Source: Polyangiaceae bacterium
GTDB taxonomy: Bacteria > Myxococcota_A > Polyangia > Polyangiales > Polyangiaceae
Direction of reading: 5' to 3'
Assembly (NCBI GenBank): GCA_044376115.1
Contig: JBILLK010000001.1
Span: 128,001 to 192,000 of the forward strand
DNA length: 64,000 nucleotides
Shown: in pieces, positions 17,917 to 27,816 of the stretch
Layout: the number at the start of each line of letters is the position of its first letter
Numbering within the stretch: the stretch's first letter is position 1
The notes under the pieces: generated by a model
What the model was told of the DNA's origin: nothing
Database searches by the model: none
What the model saw: only the letters and a program-made list of their open reading frames with translations
Program-made: the position numbers and the translations under genes

Positions 17917-19592
17917 AACTGCCCGTAAACGAAGGGAACTGCTTCAGCGCTCGCAAAGTGCCTCAGCAGCAGGGCAACCCCAAACGCGACCACCGCCTGC
18001 GCAACGCCGGGGAGCTTGGCAAAACCCTCACGCACTGTGGCAAATACCCTTCGCGGCACCCATTGCAAAAGTAGCCCAGCGCTAATGATCAGCACCAAGG
18101 GCTTGGTGATGTTTGGCGTAAAGGAAGACAGCACCATTAGCTGCTTGTACATCAGTAACGCCTTTTCAAGCGGAGCTCGAATCAGGACGAAGGTAAGCGT
18201 CGTAAAAACGAAGGTTAGCAGCACAGCCGCAACCTTCTTGAGACCAGGCGCCTCATCCCCAGCGTCACCTGGCTTTCGTCCGAGCGAATCAAAGGCAAAG
18301 TGAGATAAGGCTACAGCTAGCCCTTGGACGACGCCGAAGAGCACATAGCTCCAAGCAGCTCCGTGCCAAACGCCACACACCACCATCGTGGTCCAAACAT
18401 TGAAGTACTTTCGGCCTTGATCTGCCAAGTAGAGCCCGCCCAGCATGAGCGCGGCGGCGCCTAGGAACGACAGCATGTTGGTCAGTGACGCTGAACCCTC
18501 GGTGCTCCGGATACCCACGAGGGCACGCCATACGAGAGCGATAGTTCCGATTGAGGTAAGGAGCAGCGCTGCCCTACGCCGCAAGGAGGCTCGTTCAGGT
18601 GACTCACCCGCTCGCAAGACCCGACTCCCGCCCATCGGGATATAGACATAGTCACGCAGCCAGCTTGAGAGCGAGATGTGCCAGCGACGCCAAAACTCCA
18701 CCAAGTTTGAAGCTTTGAACGGCGCATCAAAGTTGATCTTCAAGCGATAGCCGAGCAAAAGCGCGATCCCGATCGCAACATCGCTATAGCCGGAAAAATC
18801 GCAATAGATCTGTATCGAGTAACCGAACATTGCCGCGGCGACCTCCACCGAGGAGAAGCTCGTCGGTTCAGCGACGACACGGTCAACCAAGTTGATCGCG
18901 AGGTAGTCGCTAACGATGACCTTTTTGACGAGGCCCACCATCACGAGGAATATGCCCTCGCTTGCGGCAGCTGCGGTGAGAACAACCGGCTTGGCGAACA
19001 GCGGGAGCAGGTCCTTACCGCGTATGATCGGCCCGGCCACGAGGTGGGGGAAGAACGCGATGTACGTCACATAGTGAGCGTAGTCACGACAGGGAGGCAA
19101 CTCCCGACGGTAGACGTCCACCACGTAGCTAAGCGACATAAAGGTAAAAAAGGAGATACCAATGGGCATGGGTAGGCCCATGCGACCATCGGGCCCGCCC
19201 AAGGCAATTACCTGTTCCGCCATGAAGTCCCAGTACTTGAACACCAGGAGCAACCCGGTATTCATGGCGATAGTCAAGTAGACCAGGTTCTTTCGAGCAG
19301 TAGGCTCCTCGGTTCGGCCGATCCAAAGGCTTAGCCAGTAGTCGACGGTCGACCCGATAAAGACGATGGGTACGAACTTGAGGTTAGGAGCGCCGCGCAC
19401 CAAAGCCGTCCACAGCCCGGCCTCTCGAAGGTTGTTCACGAACTCGAAGCTGAAGAGGTCAAGCCCCGAGTAGAAAAGGTAGCTTACTGCCGCCAAGAAC
19501 CAGAAGCGTATGCGGGGCCAGCGAGATAGCGCCCACGCCCCCGTGAAGACGAGAAGAAAAAACTTGGCGAAAGCGAGGGTATTGAAGAGCAT
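17913..19592 (-). CDS. MBOAT O-acyltransferase (AlgI/PatA family)
   Basis: MLFN start; PIGISFFTF, FFPHLVAGPIIR, QIYCDFSGYSDVAIG, FWRRWHISLSSWLRDYVY, GVWHGA; ends FVYGQF. Confidence 0.93.
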   Translation of the reverse strand: MLFNTLAFAKFFLLVFTGAWALSRWPRIRFWFLAAVSYLFYSGLDLFSFEFVNNLREAGLWTALVRGAPNLKFVPIVFIGSTVDYWLSLWIGRTEEPTARKNLVYLTIAMNTGLLLVFKYWDFMAEQVIALGGPDGRMGLPMPIGISFFTFMSLSYVVDVYRRELPPCRDYAHYVTYIAFFPHLVAGPIIRGKDLLPLFAKPVVLTAAAASEGIFLVMVGLVKKVIVSDYLAINLVDRVVAEPTSFSSVEVAAAMFGYSIQIYCDFSGYSDVAIGIALLLGYRLKINFDAPFKASNLVEFWRRWHISLSSWLRDYVYIPMGGSRVLRAGESPERASLRRRAALLLTSIGTIALVWRALVGIRSTEGSASLTNMLSFLGAAALMLGGLYLADQGRKYFNVWTTMVVCGVWHGAAWSYVLFGVVQGLAVALSHFAFDSLGRKPGDAGDEAPGLKKVAAVLLTFVFTTLTFVLIRAPLEKALLMYKQLMVLSSFTPNITKPLVLIISAGLLLQWVPRRVFATVREGFAKLPGVAQAVVAFGVALLLRHFASAEAVPFVYGQF

Positions 19593-19714
19593 GCGGGGCG
19601 GCCCGGGAGCACCTACCAGATGCGGCGCTACCGGAAAAGATTTGGTTGCCCAGCTTGCTCGTGAAGCTTGCCGGCGAGTTGGGCGTTCGTCGCGTAGTGT
19701 GGTAACCCGAATAG

Positions 19715-21319
19715 GTGTCGAGTCCGAGTAAAGATCCGTCCTCTGAGGAAGCTGCATTTGGAGAGCTGGCGTCCACCCTGGCTGCTGACACCCAGAATGC
19801 CGCGCAGGCACCTGCGGATCGCTTGGTAGCGAGTTGGTTCCCCATCTCAGCTAGGACCCTGAGCATGGCCATCAGCCTCGGCGCGCTTGTCCTTCTCCCC
19901 TACGCACACAGTTCGTTGGAGCGCTTTCGCCTGCTCACGCAGGGAGTCTCTGTGTTCGGCGTGGACGAGGAAGAGCCTGCTGAGCAGCCGCCTGTACCCG
20001 AGGTGGTAGGCGAGGCAGCGCTGCCAGGCCCGACCGATGATCAGCAGTCTCGTGGAGACGAGCTCACCGATGCTCCAACCAATCCGCGTGGGCCGATAGC
20101 AAATGCGAAGCCGTTACCGATCCCGGTTTCGTTGAACGAGGACAAGCCGCCGCATTTCATCGACGATCCTTCCGCGCTCGAAAAGTTCTTCGCGAAGCTG
20201 GTTCGAGTCGAACAGAAGGAGCCCGGTGCCATCGCCCGTATTGTCTATTACGGCGATAGCATCGTTGCGAGCGACTTCATCACGGGCAAGCTACGCAGAC
20301 TGCTGCAAGACCGATTCGGTGATGCTGGCCATGGCTACGCCATCGTTGCCAACGCTTTTCCTGGGTGGTTCCACATCGATGTTTCCCGTAAGTCGAGCGA
20401 CCAGTGGAAGACCTCTCGCTGCATCGGTCCGTTCGCCGAGGACGGGCTTTACGGTCTGGGGTGTGTCTCCTTTACGGCCCGCCGTGAAGGGGAGTGGTTC
20501 TCGATGGGTACCGCCGACAGAGACAAGTGGGGAACCAAGGTCACTCGCTTCGAACTTGAGTATCTCGAGCAACCGGAAGGTGGGGCGGTCGAGTTCAACC
20601 TCGACGGCAACCAGCACTCAACGCTCGAGACGGCGGGCCCCGAGAAGAAGCTCAAGTACCACACCATCGAGGTGGAGGACGGACCCCATAAACTTCAGGT
20701 GAAAACGGTTAACGACTCACCCACGAGATTGTTCGGAATGCGGATGGAACGCGATGTTCCAGGGGTAACGCTGAGTGCGCTCGGCATTACTGGTGCTCGC
20801 GCCCGGTTCTTGGATAAGTCGGATGACGCTCATTGGGCGGAGGCCCTGAAGGCAGCAAAGCCGGACCTGGTCGTCCTCGCGTTCGGAACCAATGAAGTAG
20901 GAGATGGGCGTATGGCATTCGATGAGAATGGGCAGCGCTCCAAAGATCCAATGGGCGATTACGAGCGGAACCTGCAACGGGTCATGGCGCAGGTGGAAGC
21001 GGCCCTTCCGGAAGCTAGCTTCATGCTGGTAGGGCCGCCCGATATGGCGTCCAAGAAGGACGAAGAAGGCCACTCCAAGCCGATGGTACCCACCATCGCA
21101 CAACACCAAATGAACTGCGCCAAAGAGCGCCGGTGGGCCTACTGGAACCAATACAAGGCGATGGGTGGGGCTGGCTCGATGTGGGCCTGGGTCCAAAGCG
21201 GCCTCGGCAACGCCGACCTCATCCACCCAACGGGCTCAGGCGGAAACGTTCTCGGCCAAATGGAGTATCTTGCCTTGATGCACGCGTACGAAGCCTACAA
21301 GGAAGGGCTGCGAAAATAG
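19715..21319 (+). CDS. Membrane-anchored SGNH/GDSL hydrolase (PatB/Ape1-like O-acetyltransferase or esterase)
   Basis: Blocks YGDS, LGITGA, AFGTNE and DLIHPT; N-terminal TM; divergent from the MBOAT gene. Confidence 0.85.
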   Translation: MSSPSKDPSSEEAAFGELASTLAADTQNAAQAPADRLVASWFPISARTLSMAISLGALVLLPYAHSSLERFRLLTQGVSVFGVDEEEPAEQPPVPEVVGEAALPGPTDDQQSRGDELTDAPTNPRGPIANAKPLPIPVSLNEDKPPHFIDDPSALEKFFAKLVRVEQKEPGAIARIVYYGDSIVASDFITGKLRRLLQDRFGDAGHGYAIVANAFPGWFHIDVSRKSSDQWKTSRCIGPFAEDGLYGLGCVSFTARREGEWFSMGTADRDKWGTKVTRFELEYLEQPEGGAVEFNLDGNQHSTLETAGPEKKLKYHTIEVEDGPHKLQVKTVNDSPTRLFGMRMERDVPGVTLSALGITGARARFLDKSDDAHWAEALKAAKPDLVVLAFGTNEVGDGRMAFDENGQRSKDPMGDYERNLQRVMAQVEAALPEASFMLVGPPDMASKKDEEGHSKPMVPTIAQHQMNCAKERRWAYWNQYKAMGGAGSMWAWVQSGLGNADLIHPTGSGGNVLGQMEYLALMHAYEAYKEGLRK

Positions 21320-21778
21320 ATGGCGGACCTCCACAGCGACAACTTCGTCGTCAGTGACGAAGGAGGCGTGGCTGTATGTAGGGTTTTCAAGAACCCCGCG
21401 CAGAGTTCCGCCGAATTTGCGGTCGGGCTGGAGAAGCTCGTGCCCACCTCCAAAGGATTGGCGTTGGACGACAAGACGGTCGGGTTCGTTTTGGACCTTC
21501 GACGAACACCAGGTGCCCAGTCTCCCCAGGTGGAAAAGGTGATGTGCGTCGTCGCAGGTATTTGGGAGGCGACAGCGCAGCGGATGTCTTTTCTCGTCTT
21601 GGATGATCCCATCCAGAAGCTTCAAGTCACGCGTATTGCTGCGCAAGCTGCGCCGCAGTTCGGCGCCGTTTTTGTAAGCCGCACCGACGCGCGCGCATTT
21701 GCAGGGGCATCGAGTCAGTCTGACCCAGCGACGGTCAGTCGGATCTTGGAACGCCCCTCACGCATCAAGGGGCTTTAA
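21320..21778 (+). CDS. Hypothetical protein, STAS/SpoIIAA-like
   Basis: 152-aa alpha/beta pattern with FVLDLRR and a terminal VF..R..ARAF; starts directly after the SGNH stop. Confidence 0.5.
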   Translation: MADLHSDNFVVSDEGGVAVCRVFKNPAQSSAEFAVGLEKLVPTSKGLALDDKTVGFVLDLRRTPGAQSPQVEKVMCVVAGIWEATAQRMSFLVLDDPIQKLQVTRIAAQAAPQFGAVFVSRTDARAFAGASSQSDPATVSRILERPSRIKGL

Positions 21779-21841
21779 GGGCTCTTTTCGAGAATTGGTC
21801 GCGGAGCAGGCGAATCAGCGCTGCTTTGCTAAGCTCGGGGA

Positions 21842-23620
21842 GTGAACCGTGCCTTTCTGCAATCGCTTGCCAGTGCTGGCAAGCCCATACACGCTCGCTT
21901 TGTCCTTCGGCGAGCGCTGATTGGTCTCGGTGTCGGGCTGTTGGGTGGATCGATCCTCGGTGCGGCTGCCACGCTCTTACGTGTGGAGCCGCGTGCCGCA
22001 GTGGTTGGCGCCGCAGCCTGCGTTGGGACTCTTGCCGGACTCGTAAGCGCGCATCGCCGTCGACTCACGCTGCACGAACTCTCGCTCTACTTGGACGCAA
22101 AGCTCGAGACGCGAGAAGCACTATCAACCGCCCTCGATGTTTCCTCTGAACAAGACGAGATAAGCGCGTTCATCGTCGACAAGGCAGCAACGCTGTTAGT
22201 CGAGTCTGATCTGAAGGCGGCGCAACCACGTATCTGGTCAAAACGGCAGGCGTCTATCCCGCTCGGTCTTGGACTGGCCATCGCTGTGTGTTTGGTAGAA
22301 CCAGCTCCACTACCGCAACCAATCGAGGCCGCGCCGGGCTCGGAACCCATGACCGAGGCGGTCGTGCCGGAGCTTGAACGGGTCATCGAGGCGCTGGATC
22401 AGGTGGTGCCGCGAGACGCCGCGCAAGAGAAGCGACTTCAAACGCTCAGCGACAAGGCAAAGCAGTTGAAGGCAAAGCTCAAGAACGGAGCCTCGAAGCG
22501 TGAGGTTCAAGCCGAGCTCGCCGAACTTTCTCAAGGCGTCTTGGCAGAAAAGCTTAGCTTCGGAGAGGGCGAAGAGCGGAGTGGACTCGAGCGAGCCCTG
22601 GGCAAGCTTGACGAGCCATCATTGGCGGCGACCAAACAAGCACTCAAAGACCGAGATCTCACTGAGCTCGATGACGAGACCTCTCGCCTGGCGAATCAGT
22701 TGGAGAAGGAGTCCAGAGAGAAGGCTCGCCAAGCCCTCGAAGAAGCGGCTAAAGCAGCGAAAGAAGAGGGCTCAGAGACCGTCGCCAAAGAGCTCGAGCG
22801 GCAGGCGAAGAAGCTAAAGGAGGAAGGCGACAAGGCGGATTCGCTCAAGAACGCGGCGGAGGGGCTGCGCGAACAACTATCCGAACAGGGCAAAGCAAAC
22901 CTCGACGCAGTCAAGAATGAGGGTGACCCTGAGGCTAAGCGTCAGCTCGCCAAGGAGGTTCAGGACATCTTGAGCAAGATGTCTGAAGCCGAGCGCAAAG
23001 CGCTCGTTGAGAAACTGCGCACTGAGGCCAAAGACGCCGCCAGTAAAGCAAAGCAACCGGATGATGGCTCGGCGGAGCCAACCAAACCTGAAAACTCACC
23101 TGCGGTAGACCCTGAAACCTTGAAGAAACTCGCGGAGCAATTAGAGAATCCGCAGGGAAAGAAGCAACTCGAGGACGCACTGAAGGAGCTAGCGAATGCC
23201 CCTTCAAACGGCGCTGGAGAAGCGACGAACCAAGAGTTGTTGGAGCAAGCACAGCAGGCGCTCAAGGAAGCTCACGGCAAGGCCTCGGGTGATGGCAAGG
23301 CAGAAAACTCAAACCCTGACGCCGCGAACGGATCTCCGGATGCGGGCCTTGGCGGTAGCGCGACCAAGAAACGACGCAAGACACCCAGTCCGATTTCCTC
23401 AGGAAAGTCACTGAAAGCGCGGGCGAATGCGCCCGTGCGTGATGGCGCCACGCTACCAACGATCAAGACTGGCCGTGCTGGATCGAGACCAGGCGAGGTT
23501 GCCAACCGTGTCGGCTCGGGTGCACTCGGCCAGGTGAGTGCCGAGGAGGTGAGCGGAGTGTCTAGGAGCGACGTCCCGGAGGAGTACCGAGAGCAGGTCG
23601 GTCGCTACTTCGAGCCCTAA
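21842..23620 (+). CDS. Membrane-anchored long coiled-coil protein of the MoxR cluster
   Basis: About 3 N-terminal TMs with LDAKLETREALSTAL; ~300 aa E/K/A/Q-rich heptads; Gly-rich linker; C-terminal VPEEYREQVGRYF tail. Confidence 0.75.
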   Translation: MNRAFLQSLASAGKPIHARFVLRRALIGLGVGLLGGSILGAAATLLRVEPRAAVVGAAACVGTLAGLVSAHRRRLTLHELSLYLDAKLETREALSTALDVSSEQDEISAFIVDKAATLLVESDLKAAQPRIWSKRQASIPLGLGLAIAVCLVEPAPLPQPIEAAPGSEPMTEAVVPELERVIEALDQVVPRDAAQEKRLQTLSDKAKQLKAKLKNGASKREVQAELAELSQGVLAEKLSFGEGEERSGLERALGKLDEPSLAATKQALKDRDLTELDDETSRLANQLEKESREKARQALEEAAKAAKEEGSETVAKELERQAKKLKEEGDKADSLKNAAEGLREQLSEQGKANLDAVKNEGDPEAKRQLAKEVQDILSKMSEAERKALVEKLRTEAKDAASKAKQPDDGSAEPTKPENSPAVDPETLKKLAEQLENPQGKKQLEDALKELANAPSNGAGEATNQELLEQAQQALKEAHGKASGDGKAENSNPDAANGSPDAGLGGSATKKRRKTPSPISSGKSLKARANAPVRDGATLPTIKTGRAGSRPGEVANRVGSGALGQVSAEEVSGVSRSDVPEEYREQVGRYFEP

Positions 23621-23681
23621 ATAGACCCGCGACTCGAACTGAAGCCCTTCGCTTGTAAGGTGCGGTCAATAGTCGAGTAGG

Positions 23682-24764
23682 ATGCGCGCCAAGATGTCTG
23701 ACGCAGCTAAGCCCACGCCCGACCGAATGGACTCCGACGTTGCAGACAGTGCTAGCTTCGGCGCGGCGCTCGAGACGGCTCGCGAGGCTAGCCGAACGTT
23801 GCGCGACGCCATTGGCAACGTACTAGTTGGCCAATCCGAGGTCGTGGACCAAGTTCTTTGGGGCATGCTTGCTGGCGGGCACGTGCTTTTAGAAGGGGCC
23901 CCTGGGCTCGGTAAGACCCTTCTGGTCCGAACGCTCGCCCAGTGTGTCGACCTGAAGTTTTCACGCATTCAGTTCACGCCTGACCTGATGCCGAGTGACG
24001 TCACCGGGACCAATATCCTGGTCACCGACGACAAGGGGCAACGACAATTCGCCCTGCACAAGGGCCCCATTTTTGGGCAGGTCGTTCTCGCCGACGAGAT
24101 CAATCGGGCAACGCCTAAGACACAGAGCGCTTTGCTTGAAGCGATGCAAGAACACGCTTGCACGATCGGCGGGCAACGCCATGCCATCGGAGAACCCTTC
24201 TTTGTCTTAGCAACGGAGAACCCGATTGAAATGGAGGGCACCTACCCGCTCCCTGAGGCACAGTTGGACCGGTTTCTGATCAAGGTATTGATTCCAACTC
24301 CCAGCGAAGAGGAGATGACTGAAATATTGGGCCGCACCACTGGCTTAGCGATGGCCACCCCTACCGCTGTCTTGACTCACGCGGAGGTCCTAACCTTGAT
24401 GAGGACCTGCAGGGCGGTCGTAGCGTCCAAGGACATATTGCAATACGCAGCCCGCGTGGTCGCTGCGAGCGACCCTGCCAGCAGCTCCGCTCCGGAATTG
24501 GTGCGGAGCGCGCTACGCTTTGGCGCGGGCGTCCGTGGAGCGCAATCGCTGGTGCTAGCGGCAAAAGCAGCTGCATTGCTCGACGGGCGCGCCAACGTCG
24601 CATTCACCGACATCAACCTAGTGGCAAAGCCGGTCCTGCGACATCGGCTCATTCGCTCTTTCGAGGGAGAGGCAGATGGAGTGACCACCGACAGCGTGGT
24701 CAACGCCATACTCGAGAGTGTCAAGAAGCTGCCTGCCAAGGTCGAGAGAGCCACCTCCCTATGA
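23682..24764 (+). CDS. moxR: MoxR family AAA+ ATPase
   Basis: EGAPGLGKT, RIQFTPDLMPSD, LADEINRATPKTQSALLEAMQE, NPIEMEGTYPLPEAQLDRF. Confidence 0.95.
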   Translation: MRAKMSDAAKPTPDRMDSDVADSASFGAALETAREASRTLRDAIGNVLVGQSEVVDQVLWGMLAGGHVLLEGAPGLGKTLLVRTLAQCVDLKFSRIQFTPDLMPSDVTGTNILVTDDKGQRQFALHKGPIFGQVVLADEINRATPKTQSALLEAMQEHACTIGGQRHAIGEPFFVLATENPIEMEGTYPLPEAQLDRFLIKVLIPTPSEEEMTEILGRTTGLAMATPTAVLTHAEVLTLMRTCRAVVASKDILQYAARVVAASDPASSSAPELVRSALRFGAGVRGAQSLVLAAKAAALLDGRANVAFTDINLVAKPVLRHRLIRSFEGEADGVTTDSVVNAILESVKKLPAKVERATSL

Positions 24765-26788
24765 TGTTTCCACGTCAGCTGTTTCGCTTAACGCTCATAC
24801 TGCTCATCGCAAGCATTTTGCCTGTCCACTCCGCGTTTGGCGCGTCCCTTTCAGCCAATGCACAGTTTGTCGTCGGAGGCGGCTCCGGTGACTACCTGAG
24901 AGGGATGAATGAAGTTGTCGCTTGGATTTACAATCCTACTGCGCAACGACGTGAAGGCTTGGTTAAAGCCGAATCCCGACTTGGTGATCAGTCAACCTCT
25001 GCTTCAGGCAACTTCGAGGTTGCGGCCAACTCAAGCATCTTGGTGCGGTTGCCTTTCTTCGCACTCGAGCAGACTGTTATACGAGTATCGGCGGGTGAGG
25101 AGCAGCTCCTCCTCGCCGAGTATCACGCCTCCCCGGAACAAGCTGTTCGAGTTGTCGATGCGCACGTGGTGCCCCGACTGAGGGCCGTACTCGAGAATCT
25201 ACCTATGAACATGAGCGTGGCATTGCCTGGCCCCTACGGCCCCGGCAGTGCGGCTCCCCCCTCCGGTGGGTTGAAACTCCGCGTAGTGCCAGCCGTCGCC
25301 AAGGACGGCACTACGCTTCTGCCGAGTCGTGTCCCAACATGGCACGGTATTCAGACAGTGTTCATGTCGACTGAGCTCCTAGTCGGTCTTGAGTCGATGG
25401 AGCTTACTGCCTTGACCGGCTTCGTCCTTGCGGGCGGGACACTTGCACTGTCTGTTTCGCGGCCCGAGGATCTCAAGCACCCAACGTTGGTGAAACTCGT
25501 GGGCGGACAGGTGAACGAGAGTGCTGTCGCGCCAGTTCAACTGAGCGCGTTTCCAAAGCCGTTTGCCATGACCCCCGAGTTCAACAAGTATGTTGGCGTA
25601 GTCAATCCACGGGACGAGGTTCAGCTACACGGATATACGGGCGGCAACCTCCAAGCAGATGTTTATGGATCCACTGCAGCCTACGGCCTTGGTCAGGTTG
25701 CGCTCCTTTCCTTCAATTTGGATAACCCTCAACATGTCGACGACCCATGGGTTGGAATTCGACTATTAGAACTCACCCGCCAATCCTTCGAGCGGAAAGC
25801 TGTGAGTGCGTCGGGGGTCGGTGCAACTCAGCAGTTCAGCAAATCTGGCTCACATTCGCAGGTCCGTGAGGTGCTTCACAAGGACCGTTCACTCCGCTGG
25901 GGGATCGTTGTGATCTCCCTACTACTATGCGCTTACTCCGCTTTGATTGGCCCAGTGCTCTATGGTTTGGGCAAGAAGCGCAATGACCTTCTACTGCCTA
26001 TTCGTTGGATGCCGGTCGCGTCTTTGGCTGCCTTCTTCTTGGTTGTCATTTTTGGCACAATATCCAAAGGATTGTGGGGAGAGTCTCGAAGAGTCAGCTT
26101 CGTCGAGTTGGGGTCCGGTATGAGCGTCGGAGTTGGAAACATCTATCGCGGCTTCTATACCCCGTCGGGGCAACGGGTGGACGTTGGTCAGACTAACGCG
26201 AGCACCTCTCTCAATGCGCTGTACTCACTGGAGCTAGGACCTCACTACTCAGTCGAAGGGCAGGCGGTTAAGATCGGCGGCTTCGAGTCGGTGCCTTCGC
26301 AGACCGTGGTGGTTCGCGAGGACGGGATTATCAACGTTGGCGGGAACATCTCGATGCGGCCAGAGGCGTCCGGGAGCATCACGCTGACGAACAACACCCC
26401 AAAAACGCTCGAGCATATCGTATTAAAAACGCACACTGAGCAAGTGGTGTATGCGCGAAGATTGGCGCCGGGGCAGGCGTTGAGCAGCCTGGAGATGACT
26501 AGCGACAATCCCGACTTCAGACACTGGACGGCTACGCCACTAAGCGGTCGAATGCGCCCCTTCGAGGATTTCGCTTTCAAGAGCGCCTTCCAAGACGATG
26601 ACACCATCGGCGACCTTTGGGACGCGATGGATGGCGCTAATGTTGAGAGTGCCAATTGGTTTCCGCAAGGTGTGCCAGTTGCTTTGGCAGTCATCGCTGA
26701 GAGCGACGGCCCAGACAGTGACTCCGGCTTCAAGCTGAAGTCCTCGGTCACACTGCTTCGCGTGGTCGGTTTCGGGGAGGGGTCGTGA
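24761..26788 (+). CDS. Hypothetical membrane protein of the MoxR cluster (signal peptide, GATase-like segment, two TMs)
   Basis: ATGA-coupled to moxR; ALTGFVLAGGTL and YGLGQVAL resemble class-I glutamine-amidotransferase-like folds; TM pair containing LIGPVLY. Confidence 0.65.
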   Translation: MMFPRQLFRLTLILLIASILPVHSAFGASLSANAQFVVGGGSGDYLRGMNEVVAWIYNPTAQRREGLVKAESRLGDQSTSASGNFEVAANSSILVRLPFFALEQTVIRVSAGEEQLLLAEYHASPEQAVRVVDAHVVPRLRAVLENLPMNMSVALPGPYGPGSAAPPSGGLKLRVVPAVAKDGTTLLPSRVPTWHGIQTVFMSTELLVGLESMELTALTGFVLAGGTLALSVSRPEDLKHPTLVKLVGGQVNESAVAPVQLSAFPKPFAMTPEFNKYVGVVNPRDEVQLHGYTGGNLQADVYGSTAAYGLGQVALLSFNLDNPQHVDDPWVGIRLLELTRQSFERKAVSASGVGATQQFSKSGSHSQVREVLHKDRSLRWGIVVISLLLCAYSALIGPVLYGLGKKRNDLLLPIRWMPVASLAAFFLVVIFGTISKGLWGESRRVSFVELGSGMSVGVGNIYRGFYTPSGQRVDVGQTNASTSLNALYSLELGPHYSVEGQAVKIGGFESVPSQTVVVREDGIINVGGNISMRPEASGSITLTNNTPKTLEHIVLKTHTEQVVYARRLAPGQALSSLEMTSDNPDFRHWTATPLSGRMRPFEDFAFKSAFQDDDTIGDLWDAMDGANVESANWFPQGVPVALAVIAESDGPDSDSGFKLKSSVTLLRVVGFGEGS

Positions 26789-27816
26789 ACCTTAGCAAGA
26801 CCGTGGAAAAGCAGGCCGACTACGCCATTCGCGTTCGGCATTTGTGGCATAGGTTTGGCCCCTACGACGTTGTCCGCGATGTCAGCTTTGACGTTGGCTA
26901 CGGTGAGGTGTTTGGCTTCATCGGGCCGAACGGCGCGGGCAAGACCACCACCATTCGAGCGATGACCACGCTGCTCGAACCGAGTGCGGGCCGCATCGAG
27001 ATCGATGGGATCGACGTTTCCGTCGAGCCCGAGCGGGTACGCCGAACCATCGGCTACATGCCAGATCACGCGGGAGTGTACGAACGAGTTTCAGTTCGCG
27101 AGTACTTGGAGTTCTTCGCTGACGCCTATTCGGTGGATTCTCGTTCAGTTGTCAACGCCGTCCTGGAGCTGACTGATCTCGGCTCGCTCGCCGACCGGCT
27201 CGTTGTCGCCATGTCCAAAGGCCAAAAGCAGCGGCTTCAGCTCGCTAGAGTGCTACTGCATGATCCCAAGGTACTCATCCTTGATGAACCCGCGAGCGAC
27301 CTCGATCCGAGGGCTCGTATTGAGATGCGTAACTTGCTCTCAGAGCTGCGCGGGATGGGCAAGACGATCCTACTCTCGAGTCACATCCTCACCGAGTTGG
27401 CTGATGTTTGTACCTCGGTTGGCATTCTTGAACGTGGCCGCTTGGTGGTCGCAGGGCCGATCAGCGAGATTGGTGCACGGCTGGAGGCCCAGCGTTCAGG
27501 CGTCGCGTTTCGGGCGCCGGTCCAAGGGGAGCCGCACCAAAGTGGTCCAGCCGCGCACGGCTCTTTGCGCCGCGTGAAGTTCAAGGTGATTGGCCCCCCA
27601 GAAGCGGCTAGGGCGACACTGCAAGGAGCCCCGTTCATCGTTGGGATGGAGATTCTCGCTGGCCAACTCATCGTGTCGATGAGCGGCCCGGAATGGCATA
27701 TCGCGGAGATGGTGGGGCACCTCGTTCGCAACAACATTGGGATCGTTGGGGTCGAACAGGACAAGAATGAACTCGAGCGCATCTTCCTCGAGGTAACGCG
27801 GGGGGAAATGCAATGA
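26785..27816 (+). CDS. ABC-2 type ATP-binding protein
   Basis: GPNGAGKTT, MSKGQKQR, LILDEPASDLDP, LSSHIL, LERIFL. Confidence 0.92.
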   Translation: MNLSKTVEKQADYAIRVRHLWHRFGPYDVVRDVSFDVGYGEVFGFIGPNGAGKTTTIRAMTTLLEPSAGRIEIDGIDVSVEPERVRRTIGYMPDHAGVYERVSVREYLEFFADAYSVDSRSVVNAVLELTDLGSLADRLVVAMSKGQKQRLQLARVLLHDPKVLILDEPASDLDPRARIEMRNLLSELRGMGKTILLSSHILTELADVCTSVGILERGRLVVAGPISEIGARLEAQRSGVAFRAPVQGEPHQSGPAAHGSLRRVKFKVIGPPEAARATLQGAPFIVGMEILAGQLIVSMSGPEWHIAEMVGHLVRNNIGIVGVEQDKNELERIFLEVTRGEMQ

